Positions 35,610-42,700 of a DNA stretch of 64,000 bases are shown piece after piece. Below the pieces are notes generated by a model that worked only from the letters and a program-made list of their open reading frames with translations, ran no database searches and was not told where the DNA came from. The DNA is from an uncultured Eubacteriales bacterium (GTDB lineage Bacteria; Bacillota; Clostridia; Christensenellales; DTU072): the NCBI GenBank assembly GCA_902766965.1, contig CACXFJ010000047.1, positions 3,165 to 67,164 of the forward strand, read 5' to 3'. The translations under genes and the position numbers were made by a program. Position 1 is the first letter of the stretch. Each line of letters begins with the position of its first letter.

Positions 35610-35617
35610 CTTAAAAT

Positions 35618-35650
35618 AAAAACGGCGCTCTTCGGAACGCCGTTTTTATT
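35618..35650. terminator. Bidirectional rho-independent terminator between the convergent giant gene and the glycosylase gene
   Basis: The stem AAAAACGGCG (35618-35627) pairs with CGCCGTTTTT (35638-35647) around a 10-nt loop. An A-tract lies upstream and a T-tract downstream. It sits 9 nt after the giant-gene stop and 30 nt after the minus-strand stop. Confidence 0.8.
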
Positions 35651-35677
35651 TATTGATATTAAAAATGAAAATTACGA

Positions 35678-36142
35678 TTATTTCAAAGCCTCTTCCCACG
35701 CGTCGAAACTAAATCTCGGGTTCGCGGGACTTGTGGAAGGAAGACAAACAGTCATATTAAGGTATTCGGGGAAATTGTCGGTCAAAAATTTGTGAGCGGT
35801 TTTGCCGTTGGTTATTATTTTCCTTATTTTCGGGTGGGTTTCGATAAGTCCTTTTATATCGGCTGCGACGGCGTTTTTTATCGACGCGTCCATCGAGCCT
35901 TCTATATCGCAAGCGACGACCATATCCCACAGAGCGATTCTAAGGCGTTTTAAGAGAAGTTTCTTATCGTCGTTGGTATTCGGACGGTCGGCGGAGAAAA
36001 CTCGGCTCAAAACCGTCCAGAAGCGGTTTCTGTCGTTGCCGTAGTAGAAAGAAGTTTCTCTGCTTTTCACGCTCGGAAAACTTCCGAGTATGAGAATTTC
36101 GCTGTCGTCGTCTATAAACGGCGGAAAACCCACGCAACGCAT
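35678..36142 (-). CDS. Uracil-DNA glycosylase superfamily protein (DNA-deoxyinosine/hypoxanthine glycosylase-like)
   Basis: Translation from the internal ATG at 36142 is MRCVGFPPFIDDDSEILILGSFPSVKSRETSFYYGNDRNRFWTVLSRVF...CLPSTSPANP. The GSFPSxxS ... YYxxxxNRFW ... PSTSPAN pattern is typical of UDG-fold family members. The longer track ORF (to 36391) would overlap the aminotransferase by 250 nt, so I chose the ATG that overlaps the upstream TGA stop (TGATG). Confidence 0.75.
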   Translation of the reverse strand: MRCVGFPPFIDDDSEILILGSFPSVKSRETSFYYGNDRNRFWTVLSRVFSADRPNTNDDKKLLLKRLRIALWDMVVACDIEGSMDASIKNAVAADIKGLIETHPKIRKIITNGKTAHKFLTDNFPEYLNMTVCLPSTSPANPRFSFDAWEEALK

Positions 36143-37329
36143 CAGTCGTCGAAAAGGGAGCGTAAGGTTACGAAGGCTTTTTCCGAACGGATAATCATAT
36201 CTTTCGACACGCAGTACGCCGCGCGGACGTATCCCGTCACGCCGAAACTGTCGGAGGGTACCAAAAGCAGACCGAGTTCTTTGGCTTTTTCGCTGAATAT
36301 ATTCGCGTCGGGGACGGGGGATTTTATGAAAAGATAAAACGCGCCGTCGGGGTTTACGTATTCGAAACCCGCTTTTTTTACGATTTCGCAAAGCAAATCG
36401 CGGTTTTCCTTATACGCGTCGATTTCGGTTTTCGCGTCGATACAGCGGGCAATCACCGCTTGCATAAGGGAGGGGGCGCAGACGTAGCCTAAGGCTCTTC
36501 CGGCTCCGCACACGGACAGGTACAGGCGTTTTGCCTCGGCGGCGTTCGGGTTTACCGCGACGTATCCTATTCTTTCGCCGGGTAGACTTAACGATTTACT
36601 GAAAGAGTAGCAGACTACCGAGTCGGCGTAGTAATTCATTATGAACGGAACTACTTTTCCGTCGTAGACTATTTCTCTGTACGGTTCGTCGGATATTAAC
36701 GCTATTTTTCTGCCGAATTCTTCGCTCTTTTCGGTAAGAATACCGCACAAAGTTTTTATTGTTTTTTCGTCGTAAACCGCTCCCGACGGGTTGTTGGGAG
36801 AGTTTATTATCACCGCTCTCGTCTTCTCGGTTATTTTTTTGCGTAGATCGTCGAAATCGGGGCGGAAATTTTCATCGGGGCAGACGGCTACGGGAATAGC
36901 TCCGCCCGCTTTGATGAACACGTTGTATTCCGGAAAATACGGCGCGAAAATTATTACTTCGTCGTCTGGTCTTTCGGTCACCGCTTTAAGGGTTATGGTA
37001 AGCGAAGCCGCCGCTCCGCAGGTGATATAAATGTCGTCGGGGGATAATTCGGTCGAAAACCGCCGGTTAAGGTTGTCGGAAATTGCCGTTCTCGTACGCT
37101 TGTCGCCCTGCGCGGACGTGTACCCATGTACTTCTACCGACGGCACGGTGTCGAGAATATCCTTAATAGCATCGTTCACGCAGCCGGGGGCGGGGATACT
37201 CGGATTACCTAACGAGAAGTCGAATAAAGAGTCTTTCCCGTGAGTTTCCGCATAAGTTTTGCCGTATTCGAACAGTTCTCGAATGACCGAACGCACGTTG
37301 CCTAAATTAAATGATTCCGAATTGTACAT
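36142..37329 (-). CDS. Pyridoxal-phosphate-dependent aminotransferase, class I/II (AspC-like)
   Basis: 395 aa. The class I pattern is present: FSLGNP, SPNNPSGAVY, and the PLP-lysine context YSFSKSLSLPGERIGY, with ...RAAY near the C-terminus. Confidence 0.9.
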   Translation of the reverse strand: MYNSESFNLGNVRSVIRELFEYGKTYAETHGKDSLFDFSLGNPSIPAPGCVNDAIKDILDTVPSVEVHGYTSAQGDKRTRTAISDNLNRRFSTELSPDDIYITCGAAASLTITLKAVTERPDDEVIIFAPYFPEYNVFIKAGGAIPVAVCPDENFRPDFDDLRKKITEKTRAVIINSPNNPSGAVYDEKTIKTLCGILTEKSEEFGRKIALISDEPYREIVYDGKVVPFIMNYYADSVVCYSFSKSLSLPGERIGYVAVNPNAAEAKRLYLSVCGAGRALGYVCAPSLMQAVIARCIDAKTEIDAYKENRDLLCEIVKKAGFEYVNPDGAFYLFIKSPVPDANIFSEKAKELGLLLVPSDSFGVTGYVRAAYCVSKDMIIRSEKAFVTLRSLFDD

Positions 37330-37463
37330 ATTTCACCTCGCTGACGATATAAAAAATAGTAACAAAAAAACAAATACAAGTCAAACCCCGACGTCAAAAT
37401 GTTGCTTTTTTCATTTTCAGCGTATAAAATAACCGTGATAACGAAAAAACGGAGAAAGACAGA

Positions 37464-37868
37464 ATGATTACCGAAGAAGAATTAAGGAAAGCCTTTACGA
37501 AGGATAGATACGCAATAAAAAACGGAATAGAAATAGTCTGCGTGGACGAGAACGGTTCGGAAATAAGAGCGGAAATAAACGACAGTCATCTTAACGGCAA
37601 AGATATGGTTCACGGAGGAATGTTGTTTACCGTGGCAGACTTCGCTTTCGGCGTCGCCGCCAACTTTCGGCACCCCGATACGGTGACTTCGGGAGCCTCA
37701 ATTACATATTTAGCTCCTTGTTTCGATACAAAATACATAATCGCGAGAGGTAAAGAATTGTCGGCGCATAAGCACACTTGCGTGTACGAGGTAGTTATTA
37801 CCGACGACAAAGACAGAGTGGTGTGCCTCGCGCAACTTAACGGATTTATTAAAGAGGCGTTGTCGTAA
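37464..37868 (+). CDS. PaaI-family hotdog-fold thioesterase
   Basis: 134 aa. NGKDMVHGGMLFTVADFAFGVA shows the HGG...D motif of PaaI/YbdB-type thioesterases. The SD GGAGAAAG lies upstream of the ATG. Confidence 0.8.
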   Translation: MITEEELRKAFTKDRYAIKNGIEIVCVDENGSEIRAEINDSHLNGKDMVHGGMLFTVADFAFGVAANFRHPDTVTSGASITYLAPCFDTKYIIARGKELSAHKHTCVYEVVITDDKDRVVCLAQLNGFIKEALS

Positions 37869-37922
37869 ATCGGACGTTTCCGATAAAACAACGTTATCGT
37901 TTATAATAAATGAAGAAAAAAG

Positions 37923-37951
37923 TTGCAAAAATATAATAGCTGTGCTAAAAT
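37923..37951 (+). promoter_or_regulatory. Putative promoter of tRNA-Pro (TTGCAA - 17 nt - TGcTAAAAT, extended -10)
   Basis: TTGCAA is at 37923-37928 and TAAAAT at 37946-37951, preceded by TGc. The -10 element ends 13 nt before the tRNA 5' end. Confidence 0.5.
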
Positions 37952-37964
37952 AGCATACGAAAAG

Positions 37965-38041
37965 CGAGGAGTAGCGCAGTTTGGTAGCGCGCTTGGTTCG
38001 GGACCAAGAGGCCGTGGGTTCGAATCCCGTCTCCTCGACCA
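37965..38041 (+). tRNA. tRNA-Pro (anticodon CGG), CCA encoded
   Basis: Manual cloverleaf: acceptor CGAGGAG/CTCCTCG, D-arm GCGC-agtttggta-GCGC, anticodon arm CTTGG-ttCGGga-CCAAG, variable loop aggcc, T-arm GTGGG-TTCGAAT-CCCGT, discriminator A, then CCA. The total is 77 nt. Confidence 0.9.
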
Positions 38042-38078
38042 TACAAAAAAGGTAGGCGTTTTGCCTACCTTTTTTGTA
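38042..38078 (+). terminator. Rho-independent terminator after tRNA-Pro
   Basis: Perfect extended palindrome tacAAAAAAGGTAGGC-gtttt-GCCTACCTTTTTTgta, with the core stem at 38051-38057/38063-38069 and T6 at 38070-38075. Confidence 0.85.
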
Positions 38079-38730
38079 TGCTATCGGTGATAAGGACACG
38101 CCTTTTGGGGACGAACCAAGCGCAAAGAGGGGTCCCCGAAAATTGTAAATTTTTGGGGAAAAGGAGATACGGAGAGAAAAGTGCGACTGCCCGCAAGGGA
38201 GGTCGCAGAAAAGCGACAGTATCGACGCGGTTCGGGACCAAGAGGCCGTGGGTTCGCAAATTTCGCAGAATTGCGAAATCTGACGAGCGAGAAAACACGT
38301 ATTCTAAAAGTACGCAAAACGTGACCGTATTAAACTTAAAAAAGGACAAAAGCGAATACGAGTGATCCCGTCTCCGATTTGCCTACCTTTTTTGTATGCT
38401 CTCGGTGACGGGTAAAGAACGGCTCTTTGGTATAAAAAGGGTAACCCTGAAAATCGCAGATTTTTAGGGAAAAGGAGATACGGAGAGAGAAGTGCCACCG
38501 CCTATAATGACGGTGGCAGAAAAGCGACAGTATCGACGCGGGTTCGCAAATTTCGCAGAATTGCGAAATCTGACGAGCGAGAAAACACTTGTTCTGAAAG
38601 TACGCAAAACGTGGCCGTATTAAACTTAAAAAAGGACAAAAGCAAATACGAGTGATCCCGTCTCCGATTTTTCCTGTCCTTTTTGTATGCTCTCGGTGAC
38701 GGGTAAAGAACGGCTCTTTGGCATAAAATT
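38063..38730 (+). repeat. Tandem array of about 318/291-bp units (2 full copies plus a partial third) with tRNA-like features
   Basis: The anchor gcctaccttttttgtatgct lies at 38063 and 38381. A degenerate third copy (tcctgtcctttttgtatgct) ends at 38691. The 3' halves of units 1 and 2 are nearly identical apart from a 21-nt indel. The 5' halves differ in sequence but keep three hairpins. See the findings. Confidence 0.85.
38229..38256 (+). pseudogene. 28-nt fragment identical to tRNA-Pro positions 37995-38022 (anticodon arm to T-loop), embedded in repeat unit 1
   Basis: ggttcgggaccaagaggccgtgggttcg is identical in both places. The tRNA 3' piece atcccgtctcc recurs at 38365-38375 and 38655-38665 (identical to 38024-38034). 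Confidence 0.85.
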
Positions 38731-38753
38731 GACTGTATAAATTTTGCAAAAAG

Positions 38754-38780
38754 AAACGGTAGGCGTTGTGCCTACCGTTT
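38754..38780. terminator. Hairpin closing the repeat array; probable terminator of the minus-strand operon
   Basis: AAACGGTAGGC-gttgt-GCCTACCGTTT. The core ggtaggcgttgtgcctacc differs by 1 nt from the tRNA terminator core. On the minus strand it is followed by cttttt. Confidence 0.55.
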
Positions 38781-38883
38781 GCAAGTATTTTTGCCGATAA
38801 AAATAAAGTACTATTTTTAGCCGTGGTTATGAAATTTAATATAAAATCTACGAGTTTTGATAGTTTTATCCTATTTTTTACGG

Positions 38884-39432
38884 TTAGTTTTTGCGATTTT
38901 GTTCCGAGGCGGTTTTCGTGTCGGCTATGCGTTTGGCGCGGAGGGCTTTCTCCATCTCGAACAAATCGGTTTTCTGTTGGGGGGTGAGGACGGAATAGGG
39001 GACGTAGTATTCCTTGCCGTTTGTCGTGCTGAATTCTGCCACACGCTTTTTTAAGTTTATCAAACTAAGGACGCCGCTTTCGGCAAATGGTTTTTCTTTT
39101 TTGAAAGAGGAAACGGAGTAGTACCACTCGCCGTCGGCGCGTTTTTCCGCGGAAAGATTGATTTTGCCTCGAAGTCCTCTGTTGTAGCCTTTGAAAACGC
39201 CGATAAAAGGCGCGGCAATCAGGACGATTTCGCCGATTAGTATGACGATTATTCCGATAACGCGGACGAGAGGAGTTACGATTCGGAAATAGGTATAGAA
39301 CGCGGTATACAACCCTATGATAATAACGAATATCGCGAACGCGACGGAGAAAACGAACGCGGAAAATTTTCCGATTATCAAGTCGATGCGTTTGCCTTTA
39401 TAGTTACTGTCGAATTCTACGTTGAAGTTCAT
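38884..39432 (-). CDS. Hypothetical membrane protein (2 predicted TM helices plus a soluble C-terminal domain)
   Basis: 182 aa. The hydrophobic stretches are FSAFVFSVAFAIFVIIIGLYTAFY and VIGIIVILIGEIVLIAAPFIGVF. An AAGGA SD lies 7 nt upstream. It is the last gene of the minus-strand operon. No family was recognised with confidence. Confidence 0.65.
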   Translation of the reverse strand: MNFNVEFDSNYKGKRIDLIIGKFSAFVFSVAFAIFVIIIGLYTAFYTYFRIVTPLVRVIGIIVILIGEIVLIAAPFIGVFKGYNRGLRGKINLSAEKRADGEWYYSVSSFKKEKPFAESGVLSLINLKKRVAEFSTTNGKEYYVPYSVLTPQQKTDLFEMEKALRAKRIADTKTASEQNRKN

Positions 39433-39455
39433 AGTGTTCCTTTAAGAGAGGGTTT

Positions 39456-39716
39456 TTATTTAAGCCAAAAATAGATAAGCAGAGCCGCTAAGCTGAACCC
39501 TGCGAGAACGAGGCAAAGGCGAGGGAGCATGACCGAAAAGAAAGCTCTTATCATAGCGCGCTGTTCTTTTTTAGTGTACTCCGTCTTTACTTTGCCGCTC
39601 TTTTGCTTTTTTTCGCGGTTCATATACGCCGCGCGACGGTATGCGGGAAGTTCGTCTCCCGTCATGGGGGCGATAGTCATTCCGTTGTCCCAATCGTCGT
39701 TTTTCTTTCTTGTCAT
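39456..39716 (-). CDS. Hypothetical small tail-anchored membrane protein (86 aa)
   Basis: Basic N-terminal half with a single C-terminal hydrophobic helix LCLVLAGFSLAALLIYFWL. It lies between two same-strand genes with short gaps (59 and 23 nt). Confidence 0.55.
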   Translation of the reverse strand: MTRKKNDDWDNGMTIAPMTGDELPAYRRAAYMNREKKQKSGKVKTEYTKKEQRAMIRAFFSVMLPRLCLVLAGFSLAALLIYFWLK

Positions 39717-39775
39717 ATCGTTTTTATTAAGTCCGCCGTCGCGTAAATTGCGGCGGCGGAAGTGGGTGGTTTCGG

Positions 39776-42700
39776 TTAAGCTTCGGCTCCGCTTTCGGCT
39801 TGTCTGGATAAAGGTACGTACGCAACACCGTATTTTGAAGAGGCGTCGTCGTAAGTAAGTATAATCTGGTCGTCGCCGTAAGTGCCGACTTCGAGTTCGT
39901 ACTCAACGTCGTTTATATAGAACACGTAATATCCCGTTCCTTCGGGACTGAGTCCGACGTAAAGAACGTTTACGTATTCGCTGTCGCCCGCAAGTTTAAC
40001 TTTGAATTCGTCTGCGGCGGCGATTATTTCGACGGTTCCGGCGGAGTTTTTCCACGTTCCGAAGTATTTTGCGGGGAGATGAACTTCCGCTACCTGAGAA
40101 AGGTTTACGTTAACGTCGGCGTCTACGCTGTAAAGGTTGACGAACCTGCCGCTTGCGTTTTCGGAAAGGATAATAAAGTAAGCCGCGTCGTTGTGGACGA
40201 ATTTAAGTTCTTTTCTGGTCTTGTCGTAAGTTGCGTTATCTACCGCTAAGGTGTAACCGCGACCGAGTTTTACTTCGGCGGTTCCGTCGGCGGCGAGTTT
40301 AGCTTCATACACCTTATTATCCGCGTCTACGTAGCGCCACGTTCCCACGTATTCTTTGGGTATTACCTGTAATTCGGCTTTTTGCAGGTTGACGAGCAGT
40401 CCGTTGTTGTCGTACATAATCATCATCGGGTTGCCGTAGGAGTTAATCCAGTACATAATGTAGGTCTTGTATTCGCTGCCTTCGAGGTCGAACGCATATC
40501 CGTAATCGGACAAGGTGAAGGGAACGACTCTGTCTTCGTAGCTGTAAAGGTCGCTGTAAACGGGGTTGCCGTCGGCGTCTTTGCCGGTCTGAATATAGTA
40601 ACTTGCCGTAAGGGTAATAGACGTGTCGGTGATTACGAAACGGAAACTGTAAGGCTTCTGCCCTTCGCCGAAGTCGGTCACGACAGATTCCCAAATGCCG
40701 ACGTAGTTGTTGATTACGCTGTCCACGAGTTTTACGATATAATTTTGCGACATCGTGCCTATCTGTAAAGAAGTGCCGTCCTGACGGAGAACTATCATAT
40801 AGTTTTCGGTGACGCCGAGCGTACCGACAAAGCCTTCGGTTTCGGAATAGCTCGTCGGGACGAAAGTCATACCGTTAATCGTAATCTTGCCGTATGATAT
40901 GTTGACTTTTTGTTTGCCGTCGTCGGAAACGTACAGCCCTACGTATTTTTTCGGTATTTCTATGCCGACGTCGTCGGAAACGTAATCGACGTAGAAACGG
41001 ACGTATTCCGCATTGTCGCGGAGTTCGATTACCATTAAGAATTTATTTCCGGCGTCGTCTACTCCGGGAACGAGGTTATAGGTAGTGTTGCCCACGAGGA
41101 CGACGAGACCTTCTCTGTCGCCGCTCGAAAGGAGGGTGGCTTCGGTATCGTTGCACCACATTACGTAGGATTGAATTACGAACTTAAAATGCAAGTCCTC
41201 TGCGGCGTTATCGATAGACCATACCCCTCTGTACTCTTCCGGTATCTCGAACACTTCGGTAATTACGTTGGTCAAGGTGATATTAAGGGTATAATCTTCG
41301 CTTTGGATAAGGAGCTGTTTGGAACTTAACTTCATTATCGTTATCGACTTATCGTTCCACTTTCCCGTGAAGAAATCGGGTTCGTTTGCGGAAGAGCTCG
41401 AAGAATAGCGCAGGTTTTCTACGACGATGCCGTTAAGAATAAATCCGGCGTCGTCGCACTGACAGAAGTTGCCGTAGTCGTCCTTGTACTGTCCTTTGAA
41501 GGGGTCGAGTACGCTTGTGCGTTCGGCGTGGGCAAAGTCGAGTTCGTTTATAATATCGCTGAAATCGGTCTCAAAGTCGTAAGTTAAGGTAACTTCTTCG
41601 GTGATTCCGTAAGTGGCGTAGGTAAATTTAACTCTGTAAAGAGTGTCGTTTTTTATTTCTACGGTGAAGTCGGTGGCGTATTGGAAATAGGACTTTTCGT
41701 CCGCGCCCTCGCCGAAACAAGGAGCGATTATTCCCGCGTAGTCGCGGCTCCGTAAAACGAAAGTTTTTACGCCGTCTTTTTCGCCGGTGAACTTCATGAG
41801 TTCGGGTTTGAAGCTTTCGAAATCGGAAGTAATTTCCGCAATGTTGCTTACTGCGACGGGGTCTTTAAGAGTAATCGCTTTCTTGTCGTCCACTACCTGA
41901 ACGAAGAAAGGATATACGAGAATTCCGTCTCCCTTATGCAGAGCTTTGAAGCCGGTTTCTTCGTTGGGGAAGGCGCTGTAAATTACGTCGTCGCGTCTGA
42001 TATACTTCTTGTAATCGGTGTCCTTGTAATAAGGATCGTCGGCGTGGTCTTCGTCCACGTTGAGTTCGTGTCCCTGATGTCTTATCGAATAGGCGGTGGT
42101 CTTGTTGGCTTTTTTCAACGCCGCCGCAAGAACAGCGTGTTCCGCCGTGGTGGGATAAGGACTGTATCTTTCGGCGGGGACGGTTGCCGTCCCGACGTCG
42201 CCGATGGCGAAATCGTAGGTGGACACATACTCGGCATCGCCTCTTTTTATAAGAGCGGTTTTGATATGCAAACCTACGGGAATATCGTCGGAATTTACGC
42301 TTATTTCGAATTCAGCGATGGTTTCGGTGTATCCGGTGATGGGTTGTGCGACGTTCTTTCCGTTCTCGGAAACGTTATCGAGAGCGTATTTGCCGTCGGA
42401 AAGATAAAGTATATCGTCGGCTTTCAGAAGAAGGAAGGGATTATAATAATTGTCGAACAGCGCGTCCGAAATCAATTCGACAATCGTGTTGTCGGCGGTG
42501 TGACGGATCGAGGTAAGGTTGCGCTTGTTTTTACCGTAAACGTAGTCGTAGTAAACTTCTCCCGTTTCCGCGTCGGTTTCGATTTGCGAAATCATGTCTT
42601 TTGCGAAAATGGTCTCTACGATAAACGATTTGTTCCATTCGGGGTGATTGACGACGTCGTAAGAGTATCTTCCGTCGATACGCATATATTTTTGCAGGTT

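Noticed and set aside
585-35609. The possibility that the giant ORF is several fused genes or an assembly artefact.
   Set aside because: There is no internal stop in 11,674 codons. I saw no internal SD+ATG followed by a signal peptide. The module motifs continue in register across the whole N-terminal two thirds, and no long identical repeats are present that could mislead an assembler. This still needs long-read confirmation.
36143-36391. The 83-codon N-terminal extension of the glycosylase ORF in the track (start at 36391).
   Set aside because: It would overlap the aminotransferase 3' end by 250 nt. It is extremely Arg/Lys-rich (MRNRKKSGFRIRKPRRRVLSF...) and precedes the point where the UDG-like similarity starts. 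The ATG at 36142, overlapping the upstream stop, is the more plausible start.
38257-38300. Hammerhead-ribozyme-like string: the hairpin ATTTCGCA-gaat-TGCGAAAT followed by CTGACGAG...GAAAAC.
   Set aside because: CUGANGA and GAAA boxes are present, but only GCGA lies between them. No stem II can form, and I could not find a convincing stem III or cleavage triplet. I keep it as a note for a covariance-model scan, not as a call.
38181-38324. Small GTG-initiated ORFs inside the repeat units: unit 1 gives [47 protein letters not shown], and unit 2 at 38492 gives VPPPIMTVAEKRQYRRGFANFAELRNLTSEKTLVLKVRKTWPY. The track ORFs 38078-38365 (+), 38336-38749 (-) and 38065-38349 (-) also fall here.
   Set aside because: A GGAG lies 6 nt upstream and the 21-nt indel is in frame, so coding is not excluded. 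However, the N-terminal codons coincide with a hairpin whose sequence differs completely between units while its pairing is kept. The C-termini and stops also differ, and the long track ORFs are just readings of the repeat in other frames. RNA structure explains the conservation pattern better.
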